Assembly (NCBI GenBank): GCA_043228905.1 | Contig: JBHGNT010000003.1 | Span: 14,012,001 to 14,076,000 of the forward strand | Source of the DNA: Azolla caroliniana | Lineage: Eukaryota; Plantae; Polypodiophyta | Reading direction: 5' to 3' | Length of the DNA: 64,000 nt | Shown here: positions 1 to 12,900 of the stretch, piece after piece | How positions within the stretch are numbered: position 1 is the stretch's first letter | How the letters are laid out: each line of letters opens with the position of its first letter | Notes under the pieces: generated by a model | Databases searched by the model: none | Seen by the model: the letters and a program-made list of their open reading frames with translations, nothing else | Told to the model about the DNA's origin: nothing | Position numbers and translations under genes: made by a program

Positions 1-1989
1 AAATCTCTAGTCTATGGGAAGCAAGTTCATAACCACATGATGAAGCATGATCTTGATCACCAAACATTTCTGGGAAATCATCTTATGGATATGTATAGGC
101 GTTGTGGAGACCTCGATTCTGCCATTTTGGTATTTGATGGTCTGTATAATAAGAATGTGTTCTCCTGGACTATTATGATATCTTCTTATACAGAGCAAGG
201 TTACCCTGAGAAAGCTCTTCGGCTTTTTAAGCAAATGCAGGATGAGAATGTGAAACCTGATAAGGTCACAATTAGTACTGTCGTCGGTGCTTGCTCTGCC
301 ATTTGTGCACTGGAAGAAGGTAGAGAGATCCATCTAAAGATCAAAGATGGTGTATTAGAATCAGATATTTTTGTGGAGAGCACTCTTGTCAATATGTACG
401 CGAAATGTGGATGCTTGGCTGAAGCACGAACAGTTTTTGAAAGCATGAGGTTGAGAAATGTAGTGGCATGGACGGTCATGATCACATCTTATGCACAACA
501 TGATAACGGAGAGGAGGCTTTGATTCTTTTTAGAAGAATGGTCTCAGATGGTGTGAAACCAAACCCCTATACACTTGTTGGAGCTTTGACTGCATGTTCG
601 AGTTTGCGGTCATTGGGGAGTGGCCGGAATATTCATGTTGCTGTGCTCCGACATGGGTTTGACTGTAATCTAACACTTGGAAATGCTCTCATTCACATGT
701 ATGGCAAGTGTGGAAGCTGGGAATCATCATGGAATGTCTTCTGCAAGATGCATGATAAAGACGTAATCTCATGGACTTCCATGTTTGATGTCTATACAAT
801 GCATGGGCGGACTAAAGATACCCTTCAGCTATTTGAGGAGATGCAATGGGAAGGTATAATTCCAGACAAAGTCACATTTTTGAGCATTCTCGCTGCATGT
901 GCTGACCTTTCTGCCCATGAACAAGGCAAGAGAATACATGCATCGATCATCTCAAGAAAATTACACACGGATGAAATGCTGGGGAGTGCACTCATTCATA
1001 TGTATGGAAGATGTGGAGATGTTGAGGGTGCTCGTGAGGTTTTTGATAACATCCATGAACATAATGCGCATACATGGACCACGATGTTAACCGTATACTC
1101 TCAACATGGTCTCGGAAGGATGGCCCTTTCCCTATTTGATGAAATGCTCCATAAGCAAGTGAAGCCCAATGAAATCACTTTTGTGAGTGTTCTCTCAGCA
1201 TGTAGTCATGCGGGTTTAGTGACCGAGGGTTGGCACCATTTTGATTCGATTAGCAAAGTTTATGGCATGAGCCCGACATCTGAGCACTATGCATGTATGG
1301 TTGATTTGCTTGGGAGAGGTGGATTCTTGAAAGAGGCAGAAGATTTTATTCAACAAATGCCAATAGAACCTGATGTGCTTGTCTGGAGGACGATGCTTAG
1401 CGCATGTACAGTTTTTAATGATATTGAAAGAGGTAAAAGGGCAGCTGAAAAATGCATTGTTTTGGATCCAGGTTATGGTGCCCCCTACGTGTTGTTGTCC
1501 AACATCTATGCATTACGTGGTCAATGGAAAGAAGTGGCCAAAGTGAGAGAGCTTATGCAAGAGAATGGAGCAAAGAAACAACCTGGAAAGAGCTCGATTG
1601 AAATAAACGATAAGGTTCATGAATTTTTGGTGGATGATCATGTACATCCCCGAATACCAGAGATACGAGTGGAGCTTGATAAGTTATATAAAAAAATGGA
1701 AGAGGAAGGTTGCATTACAGAGATAAATGTAGTGTTGCATGATGTTGAGGAGGAAATTGATGTATCATTGATGAAATACCATAGTGAGAGACTGGCTATT
1801 GTATTTGGTCAGATCATGACACCTCCGAAGACAGTCATCCGCATACGAAAAAATCTGCGTGTATGTACCGATTGCCATGCGACCATTAAGAATATGTCGA
1901 AAATCCTGGATCGGGAAATAATTGTACGAGATTCTCATTATTTCCATCATTTCAAAGATGGAATCTGTTCATGCAAGGATTATTGGTGA
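1..1989 (+). CDS. PLS-class pentatricopeptide repeat protein with E and DYW deaminase domains (organellar C-to-U editing factor); 5' end lies outside the window
   Basis: Frame is open from base 1 (KSLVYGKQVHNHM...). Repeated PLS motifs (LxxMYxKCG / V.SWT.MI / PD.VTF..L.AC), PG box KKQPGKSSIE, HSERLA, CTDCH and terminal DYW. No introns. Confidence 0.96.
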   Translation, partial: KSLVYGKQVHNHMMKHDLDHQTFLGNHLMDMYRRCGDLDSAILVFDGLYNKNVFSWTIMISSYTEQGYPEKALRLFKQMQDENVKPDKVTISTVVGACSAICALEEGREIHLKIKDGVLESDIFVESTLVNMYAKCGCLAEARTVFESMRLRNVVAWTVMITSYAQHDNGEEALILFRRMVSDGVKPNPYTLVGALTACSSLRSLGSGRNIHVAVLRHGFDCNLTLGNALIHMYGKCGSWESSWNVFCKMHDKDVISWTSMFDVYTMHGRTKDTLQLFEEMQWEGIIPDKVTFLSILAACADLSAHEQGKRIHASIISRKLHTDEMLGSALIHMYGRCGDVEGAREVFDNIHEHNAHTWTTMLTVYSQHGLGRMALSLFDEMLHKQVKPNEITFVSVLSACSHAGLVTEGWHHFDSISKVYGMSPTSEHYACMVDLLGRGGFLKEAEDFIQQMPIEPDVLVWRTMLSACTVFNDIERGKRAAEKCIVLDPGYGAPYVLLSNIYALRGQWKEVAKVRELMQENGAKKQPGKSSIEINDKVHEFLVDDHVHPRIPEIRVELDKLYKKMEEEGCITEINVVLHDVEEEIDVSLMKYHSERLAIVFGQIMTPPKTVIRIRKNLRVCTDCHATIKNMSKILDREIIVRDSHYFHHFKDGICSCKDYW

Positions 1990-2556
1990 GTGTTGCATAA
2001 CGTGTGTATTTCCGAAATCTTGTATTTCGTGTAGTATTGACGTGGAGTCTCTTAATGTTGTACTATACGTCTCTCTGAAATGATGGTGAAGGTGAACCTT
2101 GATTTGGCGTTGTTGACTTTCTATACAATCAACCTAGTGAAATAATTCTGCTTTCTAAGATTGATGGTTATGTGGTTTTGAAATGACCACTATTGTGGCC
2201 AACTGCAGGCTGAGTGAAAGTTTTCCATGGAAATGCAAACAATTGTGTTGTGTCTCATTCTCTTGATCATATTCCTATGGATTGTTTCTAATAGAGGTAT
2301 AATATTATGGCAATCCCCCCCCCATATCCTTCAAAGTTTAATGATCCATGATAATTAATATGTATGTGAATTGACAAAAGGATCGATGACCAATCGAATC
2401 CACTCATAGATCCCCAAGGTTATGATTATAGAGGTTTCGAAACTTCGTAGGTTCAATTAGCATAGGCAGAGTCATGGAAGGAATAGTGGGGACTAGCTAG
2501 TTGGGTGTCATATAAATTAGTGGCTAGAAAATATGATGCAAAAATAGTACCCAAAC

Positions 2557-2793
2557 CATAGTATGAACCATATACGTACCATACGTGCATTCGTGAATGA
2601 TTGAAACATTCGAGAACCCTCAAAGAATGATAAATACCAACTTTTGGATTAACTATTTATTATGAGATAAATAAGCCAAAAAAATGAAAAAAACAAAAAA
2701 AAAACACAAGAATGTTTGAATAACATTTGCATTTGTTTTCCAATGTAGGAAAACGAATGTTATGCTAGATGAACACGAATTTTACATACTATG
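2557..2793. mobile_element. hAT-type MITE (237 bp)
   Basis: TIR CATAGTATG...CATACTATG; perfect 8-bp TSD ACCCAAAC (2549-2556 / 2794-2801). Termini match the MITE at 16519-17359 in the opposite orientation. Confidence 0.88.
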
Positions 2794-3749
2794 ACCCAAA
2801 CATCTCTTGGCAAATAATTGCATTAAGTTTGCAAAAGATGTTTCCATGCGACAGAAGTAAATTTAATAATGATAGACTTTGTATACACTTGCTTTAGCTA
2901 ATATTGAAGCCATTAATTTATAGATAATCAAAATCAAGATATCTTCAAAAGAAAATTAATGGCCTCACAAATTATTATGCATGTGTTAAGACATGTGTAA
3001 TGAACCATTAGGGTTTATCAGGCCTATGCAATCAAAGAAATAAATTTATAGACGCCGTTCGATCGATGTCTTTGCCAACAATACTCATATGTTTGAAAGC
3101 CTTCACAACCCAAAGACAACTAAGTGGTCTTCCTAGCTTGAAAACCAAAACAACACAATTTATAAAAAGGATCATGAAGTTTGATAGAAAGATCATTAAT
3201 GAATTGATTACATTCAGAGGAACACATTAGTAGCAAAGTCATATTTTTGGGCTTGGTTCATGTATCGGGTGACCAATTAACGTGTTAACGTTGCTTTGTG
3301 AGTGTGGTTGTAAAGTTGAAAGTCAAAGGAATTGGTTGGGCTTTCACAAAAGGAGACCATGGGAATGATGTAATTAGTTTGGTTAAGGGTGATAAGCTAC
3401 TTTGCTAAATAGGTCATTTTTTAAAATAACATTCTTCAATTGTGCCCAACATTTCCACAAACATAGATTTACGAAGCACTAATGGTTTGTGTGAAAAAAA
3501 TAGATTTTTACGTGGGTTGTCTAAACACAAGCCCCAATGGTTTAGGGCATATGATACTTTCTCTAATGCTTTGACATTATTAGTCCTAGCGATTAGCAGT
3601 AAAGGGGATCTGCTTGACGTGTAAAACCAAGTAAAGAAACATAAAAGGTCCCTATGTCATAGGTGGCATCATGATTATACTATGGGCAGTTGTGAAATGG
3701 AGTTTATCAATATGTAACTATGTAAGTGTTGGTGTCAACATGTAACCCA

Positions 3750-4094
3750 TTTTAATCCTCGGGATTGAGACAACCCATTAGGCCAAGTGTGAACTTGCTT
3801 GGGGGCCTTGGGTATCGCTATAAATATGAGGCCTAGCTACCCTCATTTCATCATATCTTGACTACGTCGAGACTCTGTTTCGTGGTGGGTCAACTCTTGT
3901 AGCGAGTGCGCCAACACCAGGTACGACTCGACGCCACGATGGTGGTATGGGATGCCGATCGAGGCTCGAGTCCGTCTCGATCCCTTCGCTCGGGGGTGGT
4001 CGGGTGGATCAACACCCTTCTCTCTCTCTCTCTCCTTTCTATCTATCTATCTTTTATCCTTATCATATGCTTACTTTAGATCATAACTCTAACA
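3750..4094 (+). repeat. LTR (3' part), followed by a tRNA-iMet PBS
   Basis: Near-identical to 26753-27095; contains TATAAATA; ends ...CTCTAACA; PBS TGGTATCAGAGC at 4097-4108. The 5' boundary is not resolved. Confidence 0.85.
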
Positions 4095-4096
4095 AC

Positions 4097-5671
4097 TGGT
4101 ATCAGAGCTTATGTTTCTAATGTTTCCTTTGTTTGTTTTTGTGGTCTTGATGGATGGTGATCGATCAACGTGCAATCGACCTTGATCCAGATAGCGATCA
4201 ATAAAGGAACTTCGGTAACTCTTTCTTGTTTTTTTTCTATTTCTTCTTCTCCTATCTAATCATGTATATGGTCAATATGTAATTTTTTTCATTGATTCAA
4301 TGATGTTGTAGTGGTAATTAATTGGTTGTATAAAACGTTTACATATGTGTATGAGGTAAATACCTCATTTGACATATATTTAATATGTGATTAGTGTCGT
4401 ATGCGTACGAGGTTAATACCTCAATTGTGTATTACGTTCACATACATATGTTACGTTTGCGTATGAGGTCAATACCTCGATTTCTATGTAAATGATATGT
4501 GTTTGGTGTCGTATGCATAAGAGGTCAATACCTCAATTACGTATTACGATTAACCCTTATTTTTGGATGTTTCGTGTGTGTAGAGGCTACATGCCTCGAT
4601 TACGTGTCTCGATTTCATGATATGTTGGCTATTTGATGTTACGATTTTTTTAATATACGCATATGTGGTCACGTGTATACGTAGTTGATCGTATATATGT
4701 GATAAATAAACATATGTGTATATTAGTTATTATGTGATTTCTATATCGAATGTTTCCTTTTCGGGGAAAGGATCTTGGTGGCCGTCCTCACGTTTTTGTG
4801 AGAATGGCGTAGTCACCATCCTTTTTTCAACAACTTTTTTGTTGACATCCTCATTGGTCACTTCGATTTCGTTATATAACAAAACGCTCATAGCCACAAT
4901 GATGTTGAGAACACAGGGCTTGACCCAGTTCATGTGAGGTCGCTCCTAGGACACACATATCCAACATCCCTCCCTCATTACATGGATACGATGCAACCAT
5001 GAGATCATTCTTACGAAAGGCATTCATAATGACGTAACCATGTGATGGGCCACGTGGACCTACTACGAAAAGAGGGCTCATTTGGCTTGACCATTAGATT
5101 GCACTTTGGCGTATGCCATCATAATTATGAAACTTGAGGTTATTTACGTACCAACATAGTTAGTGGTAAATGAGAGGGAAATAAGGACTCTTGACATATA
5201 TGTTTCTTTTAAAAAAAACATATATGAGCAAATGCCTCGCATATCTCTTATACGCATAAAACATTAAATATTCAACACGAGCAACCTATTTGGTTAGTTC
5301 AAGTTTTTAATGCATTTGTTCTCGAGGTCTCGAGTTCAAATATGACCAAGACGATACAACATTGATGATACATATGACTATAATACATGTTTTGACTTTA
5401 GGTCTAAGTGCACTTTGGGGTCCTCGTAATAGGACATAAAGAGCCGAAACCACATACGTGGGCACAGAAACATAGTTTATTGTTAACATTTTTTTTCGTG
5501 TATAAACTATTCATGACATGAACATACATGGTTGAGCCTCGGGGAGACGCCATGAAAACAATCGATATAGAGATAAGGGAAAGACATTCATTTCTCACCC
5601 CCATGGTTTTTAAAACACTTTTGTGTTACCATAATAACCTGATCTTGAACCTCATCTCATACGTAGAGGGG
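4097..5671 (+). mobile_element. Non-coding internal region of an LTR element (LARD-like, or long leader of Gypsy A)
   Basis: Starts at the PBS; no TE ORF; short degenerate repeats (gaggtcaatacctc). PPT-like AGAGGGG at ~5665 is followed by a possible LTR start T(A/G)TTG. Confidence 0.55.
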
Positions 5672-6892
5672 TATTGATGTGAGATCATGATACCGATTAA
5701 TGTTGGCCCATGATATGTTTACATCACGACTTGATGTTATGACTATTTTTCTGACCTTATCCTATTTCTTTGCAAGAAATAATCATTCAATGGCTTAGAA
5801 TAACGACCTGATGTCATCCGCTCAAGTGGAAGGAACTCAAGGAAATCCTCTTGGAGCAATCTCCATTGAGTTGTATTTCTTACAAATACAAAATTTCCTT
5901 AGTTCAACTGCTCATCAGATGTCTGAGCTTCGACAATCTCAAAGTGCTTTCGAGGCACGTGTCATTAGTTAACAACGTGACAGTAATAGACCCGATGAGC
6001 GTCAGGGTGAACCATCATTTGTTGTAAAGCCATTTACGGGAGAAAAAAAGGAAAGCACCGAAGAAGCAATCTGCATGTGGTTGGGCCAATGAGAGTCTCA
6101 TTTTGAGCTCTATCCCACGCAAGATAGTATGAAGATTGCATATGTCGGCCGAGAACTAGGGGGTAAGGCCGCCACCTGGTGACATGGGCTCCGAACTTTG
6201 GGGAAATTGCCTGATACTTGGACAAATTTTGTCACAGTTTTTAAGGGCCAATTTCTGCAACCTCCCTCTCGAACCTGTCAGGAACAGTACTAAGACAGAG
6301 AAGTATTGTCAGGAACACTACTAAGACAGAGAAGGAATTAGTACTAAGGGAGGTGAAGAACTCTTGAGAGAAGGAAAGAGTGAGTGGGTGAGAGAGAGAG
6401 AGAATGATGATAACAAAAGATATATATTATGTTAAGAGAATATACAATAGTAGCTTGGAGGCTTAAGACTGGCGTTGAATTGATTTGGTTCGAAATAATG
6501 CCTTGTGCCTCCTTTTATAGTGTTCTCAGGAGTACTCCTAAAGTTTCTAGAATGTTCCAGAGAAATCTGGAATGAATATACATCAATTTTCTGTAGTAAA
6601 ACTTAAATGAAAATAATATCCTTTGTATTACAACATCTAGTCTAATGGTTAAGAGCTCAAACCCATGTAACATAAAGTCACGGGTTTGAGTCTTGCCATA
6701 TCATGACACTATCATGTCACTAGTCGTTTTGGATTGAAGACCCGATTTGTCTGGATATTGACGATGGAAGTCTTCAAGATCTTCGACAAATCGTCGCATA
6801 TGGGGCCACCAGAATGATCATTGTACTAAATCTAATGTTTTAGTACTACCAAAATGCCTAGCTGTATATATGTCATGACAGTTTTGGACTAC

Positions 6893-8653
6893 TCAAAGTT
6901 GACAAGAACCATTAGGAACATACAAGAGTTTCTCAAAGAATAGTAATCCATCATGACATTCAAATTGTCGATAGTCTGTACCTGGTTGTTGTGAGTGTGA
7001 ACATGATGCTCGAGAGGGATCAATTTGTGCTAGAATGGCTTGGGCGAAAGCATCTGTCTTCAAGTTCTCACGTATGGTATCGATAACGTGGGAATCCAAG
7101 GGCATATCGAAGACCTGCGTTGCTTGCAGTCGTGCTGGTCCCAAGATTACTTGCTTTTGGTTATTGAAAGCTGGCTCGCCACGACGCAGTGCTAGATACG
7201 AGCACCGTGATAATGCATCTGCCTTCCCTTGTTGCTTCCTTGGACGATATGTACTTTTGAAGTCGAAACGAGTGAGGAATTGGGCCCACCGAGATTGACG
7301 TTGATTTAACACGAGCATTTTGAAAGTAGGCAAGGTTTTTGTGCTAAATACGGTGACTTGATGAGAAGATCCCTCTAGAAAATGCCTCCATTGCATAAAA
7401 GAGTCCACTATTATTAATAGCTCCTTATCATGAATTTCATTGTTGATCTCGGCGGCGTCAAACTTGCGTGAGTGGAAAGCCACAGGATGGAGCTTTTCAT
7501 CATCGCCTTGTTGTGAGAGAATGCTACCCAATGCGAAATCCGACGCGTCTGCTTTGATGATGAATGGTTTTTTCGGATCAACATGAGCTAGAATAGGAGC
7601 TAATGTAAATGCCTTCTTAAGACTCTCAAAAGCCATGTCTGCTTCTTCAAACCAAACAAACGATTGTCCCTTCCTGGTGAGCTGTGTGAGAGGCAGAACA
7701 AGCTTTGAGTAATCTTGTATAAACTTGCGGTAGAAATTGGCAAAGCCTAAAAAGCATTGCACATCTCGCAACGAACGCAGAGTTTACCACTCTAACGCCA
7801 TTTTGACCTTAGCTGGATCCATGGAGATGCCTTCCGAGGAAATGACATAGCCCTAAAATTCTACCTGGTTGCACTCTAAACTACATTTTTCCAGCTTTGC
7901 ATAAAGACCATGTTCTCGAAGTCGTTTTAGTACTAACAATACATTAGAATCATGCTCTTCTTCGGTCTTCGAATAAACCAGTAGATCATCCAAATAGATG
8001 ATCAAACAAACATCCAAGAGTTCTCAGAATATATCATTTGCCATGTGTTGGAAGACCGTTGGTGCATTAGTAAGGCCGAATGGCACGACCATATACTCGA
8101 AGTGCCCATATTTGGTGCCAAACGCGGTCTTCCATTCATCTCCTGGTCAAATCCGTACGAGGTTATATGCTCCTTGTAAGTTGATCTTTGTGAAGAACCT
8201 TGGATCATTGATCCGTTCTAAAAGTCTTGAGATAAGGGGAAGTGTGTACCTATTCTTGATGGTGACCTTATTCAAGCCACGGTAATCTACGACGAGACGA
8301 AGTGATCCATCCGTTTTCTTGACGAAGAAAATGGGTGTGCCGGCTGGAGATTTTGGATGTCGAATGAATCCATTCTCCAAATTCTCCTCTATATAGGCTC
8401 AAAGGACTTCTAGCTCGGTTGGTGACAAATTGTAGATCGATCCCCATGGTGGCTCTTTTCCCGGTTGTAAATAGATGGGGCAATCATACGGTCGATGGTG
8501 AGGAAGCGTATTGGCTTGTACTTTATCGAACACATTGGCATAATGACGATGCTTCTCTGGAAGTTGAACGGTGGACTCCTCTTTAGTGGTGTTGGAGGGT
8601 TTTATTGATATTACGAAGAGAAACATTTCTTCCTTGTGTCCTTTCTCACGCAA
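6893..8653 (-). pseudogene. RT-RNase H of Gypsy B
   Basis: Motifs [47 protein letters not shown]; frameshifts and stops. Confidence 0.9.
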
Positions 8654-9082
8654 TTGATGTAGCGAAATGGTTGCAATCTTATGAGTAGATCCTCAGGTTT
8701 GTCGATACCAGATTTCTCTTGTTCTCCAATCTATGTTTGGGTTATGTAACTCGAACCATGGTAATCCCAAAACAATGGGATGTTCTGGGATACTAATTAT
8801 ATTAAAGGATACTACAAACACTAAATTATCTAGGACAATATTAATGGGCTCTGACTCTTCTATGATATTTCCGGAAGCGATGGGATGACCATCAATGACT
8901 ACTACAAAGGCTAGACACGAGAGTTTTCTTAGGGATATTTGATGAGCTTGGGCAAAATTCCTATCCATGAAGCAAGAATTAGCTCTGGAATTTAGGAGTG
9001 CTGAGACATGTACTGGAGAGGTACTTTTAGTACTAACTATTACTTGGGCTAAGAACACATTGCTAACTTGCTTAGAGGGAAT

Positions 9083-9615
9083 TAACAATTGGCAACGGTT
9101 CGGTTTGAACCGAACGGAACCGCGAAACCGCGGTTTAACGGCTTAACGGTTTCAACGGTTCGGTTCGGTTCAGTTTTAGGTTTTTTTTAACGGTTTGGTT
9201 TCAAAAGTCAAAAACCGCGGTTTAAATGGTTTAACGGTTTTTAATTTTTACTTTTTAAAATTTTTCAAAACATTTTTAAAATTTTTAAAAAAATTCTATA
9301 AATTTTTAAAAATTGTTTTTAAACAATTTTTTCATTTGTACACCTTATTCTCACATTTTAGGAACATCTTAAAAATTTTAAAATTTCTAAATAATGAAAT
9401 ATTATAAAATTTAAAAAATAAAAAATAAAAAATAAAAAATGACCTATGTTGAAAAACCGAAACCGAACCACGAAACCACAGTTTTTACGGTTTCAAAAAT
9501 GTTTAACGGTTTCACAGTTTGGTTCAAGTTTCAAAAAATTTAAATGGTTTGGTTCCAAACCAGTTCGGTTTGGACCTTCTCAAACCGAATCAAACCAAAC
9601 TGTTGCCGATTGTTA
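9083..9615. mobile_element. hAT-type MITE (533 bp) with AAACCG/CGGTT subterminal repeats
   Basis: ~26-bp TIR TAACAATTGGCAACGGTTCGGTTTGA / TCAAACCAAACTGTTGCCGATTGTTA; 8-bp TSD GAGGGAAT (9075-9082 / 9616-9623); AT-rich core. Confidence 0.9.
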
Positions 9616-9956
9616 GAGGGAATGGAACCACTAATGGGTTGCACAGATCTAGGGTTGTCCAACCAAATGACTCCTATTTTGGCTGGACTTAGTCGTTTAA
9701 CTCTTCTTCTAACTGACGAAGGACATCAAAATTGTTTGATAGATTTGGGCTATTAGTACTATTAGGACTATCAGATATTCCTACTGAAATAGACTTAGGT
9801 TTAGTACAATTAGAACTAGCAACTATTTGGTTCACCTGTCTTCTTGGCCTATGGGGATAGTTCACTGCAATATGCCTTGGTTCACTGCAATAAAGACATA
9901 GTCGATTTGGTCGGCGTCGCTGCTTTTCTTCTTCCGATAATGGTCCGCGACGACGT

Positions 9957-12900
9957 TATCGTGAAGATTCCGGGCCATAGTGAGAAACCGGGGGGATATC
10001 GGAAGAATCGACGGAGTGCACCATGTGCACTTACCCTTGTAAAAACATGTGAATAATAGGAGTTAAGTCGGGAGAGAGGATCCCATGTAAGTCAGAATTT
10101 ATCCCACATTGTTACGCATCCCTCTCCTTGTTCTATAAAAGGAGGGGAGCGCCCTTTGTGAAGGGGTTGCCCATTTTGAATTAGGAGGGTATACCACTTA
10201 GGTCTAGGGTTTGGTAGATTCTTCCTCTTCATCTTATTGTTGTTCCTCTCCCTCTTGTGTTCGGTTGCCTCCGGGTCGTGTCCGGAGTCGATTTTATCGG
10301 CATCCCTTTCTCCCTCGTCCGAGACCCCCGTGGTCCTGCCCTTTCGACACGCACGCGCATAATAACGCGACATATTTGGTGAACCCGACGTGAAAGGGCG
10401 ACAAGGGAGAATGGAATTGGAAGAAGACGACTTCGCACAACTTTTTGTCGAAGCGGTGAGGGAGTTTGGACGAGCAACAACAAGATGAGAGTCGGCGTAG
10501 CAAGAGGTTGAGCGAGTGGTCGAAAGAGTCGGCCGTTTCAACGGGGACAAGGTCCCATTCTACTTGGAAGCCTACAACTCGGAAATGGAGGAGCAAGATG
10601 TAGACGAGGTATTGAGGCTGGAGTTCTTCTGTCGGGTCGTCGTTGTCCGTATGCATGCGGAAGTGAAGGAGCTCCGAGAAGCTCATAGTTCGTGGGAGGC
10701 CTTTGAAGAGGTGCTCATGTAGGCATATGGAGGACGACGGAAGAGCCGAGGACGACGCGACTTCGACCAGTGGATTGCATCGGCGAAGACCCACCAGGGT
10801 GCAATGAAGGCGTTCCGAGAGTTCGAGCGGCGATTTGCTCAGCTCCCGGAGCGAGAACAAGGTTTGGTGGGGGCGGACAAAGTCATGTTGTTCGTCAGGT
10901 CGATCGACCGAGCGGAACGGGAGGCCATCGGGATTGAGCTCGAAGACGAGGATGGAGCGAATGGCCTTACTGAGGACTGGTCGAAGGTCGGAAGGGTATG
11001 CCAACGACTAGATGATGAGCGGGCCGAGAAGGCTAGGAGGAAGGTGCGCGACGACGCGCCATCACAGCGGGAAGAGGCCGAACGGCAAAGAGAGTCGGCA
11101 AGGCTCGGCTTCGGGGCCAAGATTGCGGACGCGTACGCAACTCTCGAGGCGATGCTCGAGGAAGAGGAAAGATCGAGGCCGCGAGCCGAGGCCGAGGAGA
11201 CAAACTTGCCCCACAAGGAGGCAGAAGATCGGTACGACGGTACCACGGGAGAGGGTGTGGAGTGAGCCACCCTCTCGACTTGCAGAGAAACAACAGCTGA
11301 GGACAAGGACGAGATACCGATCGCAGAATCGGAGTGTCGGGACTGGCGGTTTCGGGCACGTCAGCCTGGAACTTCGGACATTGGAGAAGCAAACCCAAGC
11401 AGGGTTTGCGCGATCGGTAAAGGGTCGACCATCGACCACGAGGAGCCGGTGGCTACGAACAAGGGCGTAAATAGGACGGGTGATTCTACGCATCTTCCCA
11501 CACTTGCTCCCGGGACGATGGTAGTTGGGCCCGAGTGCTCACGTGAGTCCCAAGAGGAGGAAGGCGGCGGTGAGAGACCGAGAATCACCGACGAGATGAT
11601 ACGGGGAAGGAATGAACAAGAGCCCTCAGGACCGATTCCGGAGAACTCGGCATTCGGGCCCTTATGCCCATGTGAGACCGAGGAGATGGATGACGGCGTC
11701 GAGGAGTCCCGACACGATGCCGACGAAGATGGATGGGAAATGGCTCACGAGAAGGTCGACGAAGAGACCAAGAAACGACCCAACCGGGGACCGAACGACG
11801 AGACACTCTGATTTGGTTGGAGCGCGATCCGGTCGTGGATTGTCCGAACGGGGCCAGAATCGACATGAGGGTGCCGATACGGGAGAGGGTGCGGAACGAG
11901 CCGCCCTCTTTTACATGGGGAGAAAGACCGACCGGGCGAAGGTTGGGAATCGGGAAGAAGATGATCGAGGGTACGGAACGAGTCCGGTAGGATCGGCATC
12001 GGAGCCGAAACTCCAGACATTGGAGAATCAAGCCCAGGCGGGCTTGATCGATCATAGAGCGGATGCTATCCACCGGCACCACTAAAAGGGTTGGTGGCCC
12101 CGGATGAGTCGGCGGGAGTCGTTACGAAATCGGTGTCCCCACATCTTGACCGAAGACTTCGGCAGCTTGGCCGGCGTGGCAACGTGAGACCGAAAGAGAC
12201 AGAAGATGGAGGCGGGAACACAACAAGTAGAGCAACGATGAGTTCGGGAGAAGTACAAGGGATGGATGCGGAGAACGAAGACTGGTCCTATGGGTCACCT
12301 CACACCGAATCTAGAGACTTTGGCGGTCGGCATCGGATCCGACGTAAGACCAAGATACTGACGGTGGCGGCAGGAGAACGGGACCCGGCAATCCAGAGAA
12401 TGACAGACGGACCCGGACGAGAACCGGGCGGAGCGGACTTCTAGATAACCGATCCGGAAGGGAGGAAGAGAGCAGGCCTACGAAGAGGCCGGGAACATGG
12501 TACATTGGTACCACGGGAGAGGGTGTGGAGCGAGCTACCCTCTCGACATGCGGAAAGAGATGACTCGGGGTAAGGGTCCGAGATACGAAGAGCTTGAGGA
12601 GGATCCTTCACACCAGTTTTAGAGACTCCGGCAGTCGGTCTGAGACCTAGAGTGGCGAACGGTGGCGGGGAGGGGACGAAGGCAAGCGAAGGCAGAAAGG
12701 GCGGTCTACGGAGATCCTCGCACCGATCCGGCGGTCGGCTCAAGTGCCGGCGTGAGTCCTATAGGAGAGATCGGTTGCGGCAAGTGAACGTGACCAACAG
12801 AAGGGGACGACGAAGGCAGAGCGGGCCGCAACCTTACACACACCGACCTAGACACTTCGGTGGTCGGCTCGAGAGCCGGTGTGAGACCTAGAGTAAGGAA

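Noticed and set aside
2800-3740. Possible DNA-transposon coding remnant
   Set aside because: Too degraded; no motif or termini I could confirm.
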